DNA of 64,000 nt from an uncultured Chloroflexia bacterium (GTDB taxonomy: Bacteria > Chloroflexota > Limnocylindria > Limnocylindrales > CSP1-4), in contig CAVYIV010000026.1 in assembly GCA_963768675.1 (NCBI GenBank), positions 23,988 through 87,987 of the forward strand, written 5' to 3'. The notes beneath the pieces are model-generated. The model did no database searches. It was not told where the DNA came from and saw only the letters and a program-made list of their open reading frames with translations. Of the stretch, positions 18,705 to 27,912 are shown piece by piece. A program made the translations under genes and the position numbers. Position 1 is the stretch's first letter, and each line of letters starts with the position of its first letter.

Positions 18705-18880
18705 CCCTCGCCGTCACACTAGGCTGTCCCCGAGACGCTCGAACGCCGGGGCCCGGACGACCGGGCCCCGGCGTTTCGATTTCCGGGGGCTGATCCCGGC
18801 TAACCGGACGAATGGCGTCATGCGGTATGTGCGAGCCCGCGCGGATCGCCTCGCGCCGAGCCCACGCTCCATGCGCGGAC

Positions 18881-19842
18881 TTACCGCGCGGGGTGCGACG
18901 CGCCGGGGTGCGGCGGTGCGCGGAGTAGACGCGGGCGCCGGAGACTAAGTGCCGGGGGCGGGGTGACCACGACCGGTGCGAACGGAGTGCGGGGTCGGGG
19001 TCGGAACGGGGTCGGTGGCGGGGTCGGCTGAGCCGTCGGCCGCGGAGTCGGCCGGACCGTCGACTTGGGGTCGGGGTGGAGGCGGCGCCGTCGGGAAGGC
19101 GGCGAAGGGCTCGGTGTCGCGGTCGGGACGGGCGTGGGCGACGGGCTGGGGAACGGCGTCGGCGCGGGGGTTGCCGAGCGAACGCGGTCGGCGTCGGCGA
19201 CGGGCTCGCCACGACCGGCGGCGTGGACAACGGCGAGGCGGTCGGTGGGGCAGCCACGACAGTGCCTCCAGCCGGCGACCGTCCGGGTGACACGACAAGG
19301 CTGTAGACAAAGGCCCCGAGGATGATCACCATCAGGATGACGGCGGCGTCGCGCCAGAGACGGCGTCGCGGCGAGACGACTTCCGTGACCGCCTCAGGCT
19401 CGACCTCACGCCAGGTAGGGCGTGGCGGCGAGATGTCGGCGGTGGCCACGGGTGGCTCTGCGTCACGCCGGGAACGGCGCCTCGGCGCGAAATCTGCGGG
19501 GGCCGCATCCGGGACGGTGGAGGCCACGCTGGTTGGCCCGGCCATATCCGGGGCCGTCGTCGGGATCGTCGACGATGCGACGAGCGGCTCCACGCTCGCC
19601 GCTACGCTGGACCGGTAGGCCACCGCATCGGGGTGCTGGGAGCCGCGGAAGCGCTCGCACTCCGGGAACCGAGATGTCAGGCAGTTCGTCGCCTGGCGAG
19701 CCGGGTCGGCGGTCGCCAGCCGCTTCTCCGCGAAGCAGCGATGCGCCGGATCCGGGAACGTGTAGTGCGTGCGGCGATCGAACGGGAGCCCAAGCATCGG
19801 GCAGGAGGAGACTTCGGTCAGGTCGATCGCGTCGTCAGCCAT
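18881..19842 (-). CDS. membrane protein A2 (paralog of A1): Cys/His N-terminal domain, TM helix, Pro/Thr-rich C-terminus; one frameshift near 19190
   Basis: ORF 18382..19842(-) gives the N-terminal ~215 aa. After the run ccccc (~19190) the Pro/Thr-rich sequence continues one frame over (ATPAPTPFPSPSPTPVPTATPSPS...APVVVTPPPA) to TAA 18883-18881, mirroring the A1 ending PVLITPPPH. The remainder of the listed ORF is Arg-rich antisense of the surface-protein gene. Confidence 0.5.
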
Positions 19843-19986
19843 CCCGACAATCCAAGCCGCCTCGTACGCTCGGACGGCCTACCGACCTGCGAAGACGCGT
19901 CGGTGCGTTCCGTCCCGACCGAGTCTCTCGCGCCGGATGGTGATCCCGCGACGGCCCAGAAGTACCGCCCGGGGTGCCGTCGGCCC

Positions 19987-20718
19987 TTACACCACGGCCT
20001 GACCCGGCTGCGGCGCGTGGACCACGACGTCGCCCAGGCCGCGCACAGTGAGCTCGTCGCGGAGCTGGACCGGGCTCCCCGCGAGGAGCGGGAAGGTGCC
20101 GTAGTGGATCGGCATCACGTCCTTCACACCCAGCAGCTCCACGGCGAGCGCCGCCTCGCGCGGCCCCATGGTGAAGTGGCCGCCGATCGGCAGGAGCGCG
20201 AGGCTCGGCCGGTACAGGTCGCCGATGAGGCGCATGTCCCCGAATACGTTCGTGTCGCCCGCGTGGTAGATCGTGTAGCCGTTCTCCAGGCGGACCACGA
20301 ACCCGGCCGGCTCGCCTAGGTAGAGCGTCGTCTCGGCGCCGGGGTTCCAGTCACCGGCGGAATGATCGGCGCCGACCATCGTGACGCCGATCTCGCCGAA
20401 GGCGAAGGTGCCGCCCTTGTTCATGCCGGTCAGGGCGTCGGCGCCGCCGGGCAGGCGGCGCGCCAGCCACAGGCTCATCTCGTGCATGCAGGGCCAGGTC
20501 GGGCGAAGCCGGCTCGCGAGTGCGATCGCGTCACCCATGTGGTCGCCGTGACCGTGGGTCACCAGCAGCAGGTCGCACGACGTAACGGCCGCGGCAGCTT
20601 TCGGGCTCTTCGGGTTGCCGAACCACGGGTCGATCAGGATGGTCTTCCCTCCCGGGGTCCTGACCTCCACGCAGGCATGGCCGTACCAAGTGATCGTGGT
20701 CGCAGGGTCGAGTCCCAT
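19987..20718 (-). CDS. metal-dependent hydrolase, MBL fold (UPF0173-like)
   Basis: Lies inside ORF 19987..21057(-), with ATG 20718 (MGLDPATTITWYGHACVEV...). LLLVTHGHGDHMGD is the HxHxDH motif. Confidence 0.85.
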   Translation of the reverse strand: MGLDPATTITWYGHACVEVRTPGGKTILIDPWFGNPKSPKAAAAVTSCDLLLVTHGHGDHMGDAIALASRLRPTWPCMHEMSLWLARRLPGGADALTGMNKGGTFAFGEIGVTMVGADHSAGDWNPGAETTLYLGEPAGFVVRLENGYTIYHAGDTNVFGDMRLIGDLYRPSLALLPIGGHFTMGPREAALAVELLGVKDVMPIHYGTFPLLAGSPVQLRDELTVRGLGDVVVHAPQPGQAVV

Positions 20719-20833
20719 TCGCGGCACCTCCGGGATCATCGTACTGAGCTGCCATGGCGCTCGCGAGGGCTCCTGGCCCCCTGCCCCGTTCCGCCGGCGA
20801 GACCCATGCTCCGGGCCGACTACACTCCTCCGG

Positions 20834-21670
20834 ATGCCTGCCCAGCAGATCGCGCGCAACCTGGCCTTCGTGAACTGGACCGTGCTCGCCAGCCTCGCGG
20901 TGGGGACCATCGGGGCCGTCGTCCTGCTCCGCCTGTGGACCGACGCCACGAAGGGGTACCTGGGCTTTACCGCCCTCTGCGCGGCGGCCTTCGGGACGCT
21001 GGCCTGGCTCTCCGACGGCGCGCTCCCGTCGGTCGCAGGATCGGGGTCGCCGGTCACGGTGGATCCGACGTGGAACTCCCTGCGCTCGGCGCTGCTGGCG
21101 CTCCTCGCGCTGGGGTCGCTCGTCTACTCGATCGCCCTCTTCCGGGGTGGGCGCGCGCCGATCATCGGGATCGGGACGCTGGTAGCCGGCATCTGCGCGC
21201 TCGCCGCCGGGGCGCTCACCTGGGGCGGTGGCCCGATCGGGGCAGCACCGCTGGCGGTCCAGCTGCTCGTCCTGGCGAGCGCGACGGGCGGAACGTTCGC
21301 CGGCATGATCCTCGGCCACTGGTACCTCGTCACGCCGAAGCTGTCCATCGGGCCCGCGTTGCTGCTGACGCGGGTGCTGCTGTGGGTGGTATCGATCCAG
21401 GTCGTGCTGTTCGGCGTCTGGGTGGGCCTGGGGGCCGGGCAGAACCTGGCCCCGTTCGCGCCACTGACCGGGCCGTGGGCGCTCTTCGTCTGGCTGCGCC
21501 TGCTCGTGGGCCTCGTCTTCCCGCTGGTCGTGACGTGGGCCGCGGGGCAAACCGTCAGGACCCGCTCGATGGAATCCGCGACCGGCCTCCTCTACATCGA
21601 CGTCGGGGCCATCGCGGCTGGAACGATCCTGGCTGCCGGCCTCTACTTCGGCACCGGCCTGCTGGTCTGA
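20834..21670 (+). CDS. integral membrane protein, function unknown
   Basis: Lies inside ORF 20615..21670(+), with ATG 20834 (MPAQQIARNLAFVNWTVLASLAV...). Hydrophobic helices run through the whole length. Confidence 0.6.
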   Translation: MPAQQIARNLAFVNWTVLASLAVGTIGAVVLLRLWTDATKGYLGFTALCAAAFGTLAWLSDGALPSVAGSGSPVTVDPTWNSLRSALLALLALGSLVYSIALFRGGRAPIIGIGTLVAGICALAAGALTWGGGPIGAAPLAVQLLVLASATGGTFAGMILGHWYLVTPKLSIGPALLLTRVLLWVVSIQVVLFGVWVGLGAGQNLAPFAPLTGPWALFVWLRLLVGLVFPLVVTWAAGQTVRTRSMESATGLLYIDVGAIAAGTILAAGLYFGTGLLV

Positions 21671-21682
21671 GGAGGGCAGGAG

Positions 21683-22459
21683 ATGCAGGTCCGGGTTCGC
21701 CTCTTCGCCCGTCAGCGCGAGTTGGCGGGCACGCGAGAGCTCACGGTCGAGCTCGACGATGGCGCGACGATCCGAGATGCCTGGGATGCCATCGCCCGCC
21801 AGGTTCCCGCGCTCGCGTCGGGACGGCCATTCGTGCGGTTCGCGCGCAACGGCGACTACGCGGACGCCGGGACGCCACTCGCAGAGGGCGACGAGATCGC
21901 CTGCATCCCCCCGATCAGCGGTGGGGCGGGGGAGCCGGGCGGCGTCGAGGCCGACTCGGTGATCCGACGCTTCGAGCTTCGCGCGGAACCTTTCCCGGCC
22001 TCGCTCGCCCGCGAGCTCGCCGACGCCGTGGCCACGCCCGCCGACGGCGCCGTCGTGATCTTCGAGGGCCGCACGCGGTCGACGCCGGGCACGCCCGCAC
22101 CGGGTGAGGAGGCCGAAGCCGCCCGGCACGTCGGCGGCACCGTCGAGTCGCTCGAGTACGAGGCCCTGGAGCCCCTGGTCCGGCGAACGTGGGACGCGAT
22201 CGCGGACGAGGTGGCCGGCCGCTTCGGCGTCCGCCGGCTGGCGATCGTGCACCGCACCGGCGACGTTCCGCTGGGCGAGACGAGCATCATCATCGTTGCG
22301 GCCGCCCCGCACCGGGACGCGGCGTTCGCCGCGGCCCGCCACGCGATGGACGAGACGAAGGCACGTGCCCCGATCTGGAAGGCCGAACGGTTCGCCGACG
22401 GGCACGTATGGATCGGGGAGCCGGCCCGAACTGATGGCGGAAGGGAGCGGCAGGCATGA
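21683..22459 (+). CDS. molybdopterin synthase MoaD-MoaE fusion protein
   Basis: ORF 21683..22459(+), with GGAGGG 6 nt upstream. The N-terminal ubiquitin-like part ends ...IACIPPISGG (the MoaD C-terminal GG). The C-terminal part (VIFEGRTR...LAIVHRTGDVPLGETSIIIVAAAPHR...APIWKAE) is MoaE-like. Confidence 0.85.
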   Translation: MQVRVRLFARQRELAGTRELTVELDDGATIRDAWDAIARQVPALASGRPFVRFARNGDYADAGTPLAEGDEIACIPPISGGAGEPGGVEADSVIRRFELRAEPFPASLARELADAVATPADGAVVIFEGRTRSTPGTPAPGEEAEAARHVGGTVESLEYEALEPLVRRTWDAIADEVAGRFGVRRLAIVHRTGDVPLGETSIIIVAAAPHRDAAFAAARHAMDETKARAPIWKAERFADGHVWIGEPARTDGGRERQA

Positions 22460-22508
22460 CGGGGACGATCGGCGTGGAAGCCTGCGTCGGCCGCCCGGGC
22501 GCGGTTCG

Positions 22509-24096
22509 ATGACGGACCCCGTGGCGCAGTCCCTGGAACGGGTTCTCCGCCTCGCGGCGGACCTCGCGGCGAGCGTGGGGTGCTCGGGCTCGGGTTTCGA
22601 CCACACTGGCACGCGAGCGGTCGATCCTGCGCCTGTTCGGTGTCTCCGGCCTGGACCGGACCGATCTGCCCCTCGCGTCGGCAGTCATCGAGCGCGCCCT
22701 GGGGGACGATCCCGGACGCCTTGCCGGGGGGATTGCCCTTCCGTTCGCGATCGCGCTGCTCGAGTACGACGTGACACCGCAGCAGCTGGCGCTCGACGTC
22801 ACGAGCGGGGCGATCGACCTCGCCTTCGAGGCACTCGTGCTCCGCGATCCCGAACGTCGCGCCGCTGCCGAAGCCGAGGCCCGGCGGCTTGCCGCGATCG
22901 GGATCGCGCGCATCGACGCGAACCGGATGGCCCGCCGCGAGACGCTCGAGGTGCTGGGTGACGCACCGCGACCCTGGATCGGCACCGCGCTTGCGGCTCC
23001 GACCCTCGACGCGGCGCCGGACGAAGCCGCGATGCTCGTGGCCGCGGGCGCCGATCTTCTCCGCGTGCGCGTCCCGGCGATCCGCGAGCTGGTCCTGCGC
23101 CTGCATGACCGTGGCGTCGAAGGGATCGACTGGCGGCCGCGCCGCCAGGACGCCCCGTCCGCAGGCGAGGATCCAGCCGAGGTCCCGAGCGGCAGTCAGC
23201 GTGCCTTGGCCGCGCTCCGGGCACGCGTCGACCAGGCAGCTGCCGAGCATCGGCGGTATGTCCGGCTCTCCAGCGCAGCGTCGGCGCTGGCCGCGCCCGA
23301 GCAGGCGATGGTGGCCGGGCTCGAGCGGATCGACGTGGTCGAGGCGGACCCGATTGCCGAGATCGTCGGCGACGGCGTCGATCCCGACCGGGCGCTGGCC
23401 GACCATGCCTTCGCGCATCGACTCCTTCGCCGCGCCGGCGCCTACGTGATGGTTGGTCCGGGCCCCCTTGTCGTGGCACCCGACCTCGCCCTGGGCATGC
23501 CGCCGGACGCGGCGACCCGGGCCGGCCGATTGTTCGCGATGCAGGCGCTCTCGATCGCGCTCGCGCTCGGCGACGGGATCCCGGCGCAGCAGCTGATCGC
23601 GGGCGCGCTGCCGCCGTGGCTCGTGGAGGAGCGCGATCCCGCGACGCAGGCTCTCGCCACGGTCGCGCTCCAGCGGGCGGCCTGGCCGGAGATCTCGCTG
23701 GCGTTCGAGGAGCCGCCCGTCTCGGGTCACAGCGCGGCACGCTGGCCGGTGATGCTCGTGCTGGGCCTCGCGATCGCGGGCCCCTCGGCGCTGGTCGTTC
23801 GCAACGCGGCCGGGCAGCTTGGGCCGGTCGTCGACGCGACACGCGCCGCGGCGGCCCTGGCCGACGAGCTTGCGGCGCGGCCGGAGGAGGCACTGGCCCG
23901 CCCGGCGGTCGCAGCCCATGCCGCTGCGCTCCTCGAGGCCGCGACGGCCACCCTCGAGCGGCTCCAGGATTTGGGCTGGAGCTCGGTGCTCGGCGAGCGG
24001 CTCGATGGCTCGGCGCGGGCAGGGCTCGGCGCGGATGCCGTCGCGGAGCGGACCGAGGCATTCGACACGCTGGCGGCGGCGCTCGGCGAGAGCTGA
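22509..24096 (+). CDS. lysine 5,6-aminomutase alpha-subunit (KamD)-like TIM-barrel protein, divergent; one frameshift near 22590
   Basis: ATG 22509 (MTDPVAQSLERVLRLAADLAASVG) is in the frame of ORF 22104..22961. The rest (LARERSILRLFGVSGLDRTDLPLASAVIE...GADLLRVRVPAIRE...YVRLSSAASALAAPEQAMVAGLERIDVVEAD) is in the frame of ORF 22771..24096. The resemblance to KamD was judged from memory of that family. Confidence 0.45.
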
Positions 24097-24124
24097 CGCG
24101 GACGCGGGTGCCGAGCCCGCGCGG

Positions 24125-26155
24125 CTACTCCGTGAGGCGGAGCGCGCGGAGCACCTCGGCCACGCCCCACGCCTGTGCGTAGCAGCCGACCGGCCGATGC
24201 GGCGGGTCGCCCTCGAGGCACTCGGAGACCGTTCCCAGGCCGGCCTCGCGGAGATGGGCCGCAAACCCGTCCAGGCGCGCCCGGACGTCCCTGCGCGGTG
24301 TACCCGTTCGCAGGAGCGCCTCCGCGTAGGCGCCCACGAGCCAGGTCCAGGCCGTCCCCTGGTGGTAGGCGGCGTCGCGACGGAGGCGATCCCCCCGGTA
24401 CGTACCGAGGTACGCCGGGTCCGACGGGGCAAGGGAGCGGAGCCCCAGACCGATCCACAGCGAGCGCGCGACCGCGTCGACGACGGCCTTCATCTGCTCG
24501 GGCGCGAGCAGGTCCGGCTCCAGGCTGACCGCGAAGAGCTGGTTCGGACGAAGTGCCACATCGTCTCCGTCCGGGCCGTCGACGACGTCGAACAGGCAGC
24601 CGCGGTCCGGGTTCCAGAACCGCGCGCGGAAGGCCTCGGCTGCCCGTTCGCCTAGGCGCGCGTAGCGGTCTGCAGCCGACTGGTCCCCGCGATCCCGGCA
24701 CAGGCGCGCCACGATGCGGCAGGCGTGGACCCACAGCGCCTGGATCTCCACGGGCTTGCCGATCCGAGGCGTCACCACCCAGTCGCCGGCCTTCGCGTCC
24801 ATCCAGGTCAGCTGGACGCCAGGTTCGCCGGCGCGCACGAGCCCGTCCGCCGGGTCGGCGCCGATCCCGAAGCGGGTCCCCGCGACGTAGCAGTCGAGGA
24901 TCTCGCGCAGGGCCGGCAGCAGCTCGTCGATGAGCCCCTCGTCGCCGGTCACCGCTCGGTAGGCCTCGGCGGCATGCACGTACCAGAGGGCCGCGTCCAC
25001 CGTGTGATAGGCAGGCTCTGCGCGCTCGGCGTCGGGGAAGTTGTTGGGCAGGAGGCCGTCGCGAACCCAGGTCGAAAAGCTCCGCAGAATCGCGGCCGCG
25101 TCCTCGAGGCGCCCGGTGGCCAGGCACAGGCCGGGCAGCGCGATCATCGTGTCGCGGCCCCAATCGTTGAACCACGGGTAGCCGGCGATCACGCTCAGGC
25201 CCGGTCCGCGCTGCCCGAGGATCGGGCGAGCGACGATGAACTGGTCCGCCGCGAGGACCAGCTGGCGGACCAGCGCGTCGCCCGTGTCGGCCCCCGCCGA
25301 GTGGGCCCATTCCAGGAGCTCAAGGTCCCGGGCCCTGGACGCGGCAAGCGTGGCGGTGGCGTCGAGGTCGACGGCGGCGGCCGGCTCCGAACTCAGGACG
25401 AGCGTCCAGGTGGCGCCCTCGGCGAGCTCGACGTCGAACCGTCCCGGCACGGCGAGGTCGGACGCGTCCGCGAGCCCGCGCTCCGTCTCGAGGACGTGGC
25501 GGATCCCGCGGATCCAGCCCGGATCGCTCCCGCCGGCCTGTGCGCTCACTCGGGCCCCGGCGGGCGAGCCGCGCACCTGGAGCCGCATGGCGACGCCGGG
25601 CCAGGTGACCTCGAGGCCGTCGGGCAGCGGTGTCGTCGTGACCGGGCGCCGGTCCATCGGGCGCAGCGCGTGGTGGTCGCGGTGCGTGACGAGCGGGATC
25701 ACCTCGAGCGCGACGGGCCCGCCACGCACCACCCGGTAGCGAACATAGGTGGTGTTCCGACCGTTGGCCATCCAGGCCGTCTTCTCGAGCACCGTCCCGC
25801 CGACCGCATAGCGCCAGGCCGGTCGCATCCCGTCGAGCTCGAAGCGCTCAATCCAGCGTCCGCCGTCGGGGTCGCGCTCACCGTCGACGCGGTCCAGCGC
25901 GCCGAGCTCGCAGGTGACGCCGTCGACCGTGGCCCGTTCGAGGATCGCGCCGACGAGGACGGTCCGCCCGACCGGCGGCTGGAGTGCAGCGACGAGCCAG
26001 CCGCTGTAGCTGCGGACGGGCGTGCCGTCGAGGGCCGTGCTCGCGTAGCCGCCCAGGCCGTTCGTCACCAGCCACTCTCGCCGGCGCGTGGCCGCGGGGT
26101 CGCCGCAGGTCTCGCGGCCGAAACGCACGAACGGCGGCGAGGCGGACGGGTCCAT
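24125..26155 (-). CDS. glycogen debranching enzyme / amylo-alpha-1,6-glucosidase family (GDE_N + GDE_C)
   Basis: Lies inside ORF 24125..26314(-), with ATG 26155 (MDPSASPPFVRFGRE...EWLVTNGLGGYAS). It also has VIAGYPWFNDWGRDTMIALPGL and AYHQGTAWTWL. The frame is uninterrupted over 2 kb. Confidence 0.85.
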   Translation of the reverse strand: MDPSASPPFVRFGRETCGDPAATRRREWLVTNGLGGYASTALDGTPVRSYSGWLVAALQPPVGRTVLVGAILERATVDGVTCELGALDRVDGERDPDGGRWIERFELDGMRPAWRYAVGGTVLEKTAWMANGRNTTYVRYRVVRGGPVALEVIPLVTHRDHHALRPMDRRPVTTTPLPDGLEVTWPGVAMRLQVRGSPAGARVSAQAGGSDPGWIRGIRHVLETERGLADASDLAVPGRFDVELAEGATWTLVLSSEPAAAVDLDATATLAASRARDLELLEWAHSAGADTGDALVRQLVLAADQFIVARPILGQRGPGLSVIAGYPWFNDWGRDTMIALPGLCLATGRLEDAAAILRSFSTWVRDGLLPNNFPDAERAEPAYHTVDAALWYVHAAEAYRAVTGDEGLIDELLPALREILDCYVAGTRFGIGADPADGLVRAGEPGVQLTWMDAKAGDWVVTPRIGKPVEIQALWVHACRIVARLCRDRGDQSAADRYARLGERAAEAFRARFWNPDRGCLFDVVDGPDGDDVALRPNQLFAVSLEPDLLAPEQMKAVVDAVARSLWIGLGLRSLAPSDPAYLGTYRGDRLRRDAAYHQGTAWTWLVGAYAEALLRTGTPRRDVRARLDGFAAHLREAGLGTVSECLEGDPPHRPVGCYAQAWGVAEVLRALRLTE

Positions 26156-26208
26156 CGATGCCTCCGGGATGGCCGCGGGCCTGCCGCGGCTTCCCGGAGG
26201 ATCGCACG

Positions 26209-26736
26209 TCAGCTGGCGGTGGGTCCGGCCTTGCGGGCTGCCTCGACCGCACCGAGCGCGTCGCGGAGTCGGCCGATCCACTCGCTTTCGTGCTCGCCGA
26301 CGAGCTTGACGCACCAGGCGAGCGCCTCGCTGCGGCTGCGGGCCACGCCGGCCTCGACGAGCGTGTCAAGCACGATCCGCTCCGGCTGGCGGAGGCGGGT
26401 CATGGCCGGGATCCCGGCGGTGGTGAAGAGCGTGCGCTCGTCGCCGAGGCGGACGCCCCACGAGACGATCTTGCGGAAGCGGTGCTGGGCATCCTCTGCG
26501 ATCGTCATCCGGGCCCCGCGGGTCTCTTCGCGGAACCGCTCAATCCGAGAGGCGCGGGCGGCCGCCCGGGCCGCGTCGCTCGCGTCGGCGGGCAGATCCG
26601 CGTCGGCGAGCGTGCCGACCACGAGGATCTCCTCGCGGTCGACGGTGATCTCGGGCGCGCCGGTGAACCAGCCGTCGGTCAGCCGTCCGGCGAACCAGCC
26701 GGTGATCTCGTCGTGGGTTGCGGTGGGGTGCGACAT
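26209..26736 (-). CDS. conserved hypothetical protein (possible C-terminal ribbon-helix-helix)
   Basis: Lies inside ORF 26209..26973(-), with ATG 26736 (MSHPTATHDEITGWFAGRLTDGWF...). The composition is non-repetitive. I did not recognise a family. Confidence 0.55.
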   Translation of the reverse strand: MSHPTATHDEITGWFAGRLTDGWFTGAPEITVDREEILVVGTLADADLPADASDAARAAARASRIERFREETRGARMTIAEDAQHRFRKIVSWGVRLGDERTLFTTAGIPAMTRLRQPERIVLDTLVEAGVARSRSEALAWCVKLVGEHESEWIGRLRDALGAVEAARKAGPTAS

Positions 26737-26936
26737 GGGGATGTGAACCTCTCGTGCATGCGGCCGGTCATCTGGTCGCGTGGAGATTACATCATTACTC
26801 AACCGTCGTGCGTTGCACGTCTTCCCACCCATGAGGGGCGCGGATCTCGCGTGCTCCCGTTGATGCGGGCGAGCGCTCGCGCCTGCCGGCATGGCAAGAT
26901 CACGCACGTCCGACGTACCTGAGGGAGCGACCGACA

Positions 26937-27854
26937 GTGCGAAGCATCCTGCTCTGGATGGCCCGCAACCCATGGCTCCGCGAGCACCTGCCGCGCCTCG
27001 GTTTCGCGCAGCGGGCGGTTCGCCGGTTCATGCCCGGCGAGGAAGCGGAGGCTGCCATCGGTGCCGCCGCGGGTCTGGCCGCGATGGGCAGGGCATCGTC
27101 TTCACGCGCCTCGGCGAGAACCTCGTGGCGCTGGCGGAGGCGGACGAGGTCGCGGCGCACTATCGGGGCCCTGCTCGAGAAGTCGGCGTCGCTGCCGCGA
27201 CCGCCGGAGCTCTCGGTCAAGCCCACCCAGCTCGGGCTCGACATCGACGCCGCGGCCTGCTTCGGTCACCTCGACGCGCTGGCGGGCCTGGCAAGCGATG
27301 CCGGCACCTGGCTCTGGCTGGACATGGAGGGCTCGGGCTACGTCGACGCGACCGTCGAGCTATACGAACGGCTCCGTGCTGCGCATGCGAACGTCGGGAT
27401 TTGTCTCCAGGCCTACCTGAAACGCACGCCGAAGGACCTGCGGCGGTTGCTTCCGCTCGAGCCGGCGGTCCGGATCGTGAAGGGCGCATACGACGAGCCG
27501 GCGGCGATCGCCTTCCGCCGCCGCTCGGAGGTGGACGCGGCCTACCAGTCGCTGGCGCTGGTCCTCGCCGAGGCCGCCCGCGACGGGCGCGCGCGATGCG
27601 CGCTCGGCACGCACGACAGCGGCCTCGTGGAGCGGATCGCGGCCTTCGCCGAGACGGCGGGCGTCGCCCGCGCGTCGCTCGAGGTGCACATGCTGTACGG
27701 GATCCGGGCCCGCGAGCTGGCCCGGCTCCAGGCGGCGGGCTTTCCCGCCTTCACGCTCATCGCCTACGGCGCGTTCTGGTACCCGTGGTACATGCGCCGG
27801 CTCGCCGAGCGGCCGGCGAACGTCCTGTTCGCACTTCGCCAGCTCCTGCCGTAG
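26937..27854 (+). CDS. proline dehydrogenase; the ORF is intact but contains an out-of-frame stretch (about 27090-27170)
   Basis: ORF 26937..27854(+), GTG start 9 nt after GAGGGAG. SVKPTQLGL, WLWLDMEGS, ICLQAYLKR, VRIVKGAY and MLYGIR are ProDH-like. In the listed frame, residues ~52-77 read RASSSRASARTSWRWRRRTRSRRTIG, while the +1 frame reads GIVFTRLGENLVALAEADEVAAHYRG. Confidence 0.8.
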   Translation: MRSILLWMARNPWLREHLPRLGFAQRAVRRFMPGEEAEAAIGAAAGLAAMGRASSSRASARTSWRWRRRTRSRRTIGALLEKSASLPRPPELSVKPTQLGLDIDAAACFGHLDALAGLASDAGTWLWLDMEGSGYVDATVELYERLRAAHANVGICLQAYLKRTPKDLRRLLPLEPAVRIVKGAYDEPAAIAFRRRSEVDAAYQSLALVLAEAARDGRARCALGTHDSGLVERIAAFAETAGVARASLEVHMLYGIRARELARLQAAGFPAFTLIAYGAFWYPWYMRRLAERPANVLFALRQLLP

Positions 27855-27912
27855 CCGGTTCTCTCCACCACGCCGTTAGCCGGAGGCGGCCCCGGCCGTC
27901 CCGGCGCCGCCG

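Noticed and set aside
18382-18880. The 3' ~500 nt of the listed 486-aa ORF 18382..19842(-) as part of protein A2.
   Set aside because: Beyond the frameshift, the listed frame becomes Arg-rich and runs antisense through the surface-protein gene. The neighbouring frame gives a Pro/Thr-rich tail ending ...APVVVTPPPA..., which resembles the A1 terminus, and it stops at 18881.
12638-19842. The duplicated region as a mobile element, plasmid partition locus or integrated element.
   Set aside because: There is no transposase, integrase, relaxase, ParB or replication gene. I could not see terminal inverted or direct repeats flanking it. The similarity is between paralogous genes and is not IS-like.
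20362-24432. Very long ORFs antisense to or overlapping the MBL, membrane, MoaDE and KamD-like genes (20362..22107 +, 20531..22612 -, 21856..24432 -, 22799..24061 -).
   Set aside because: Their translations are monotonous Arg/Pro/Gly/Ala strings with no motifs. Each is the shadow of a convincing gene on the other strand or in another frame.
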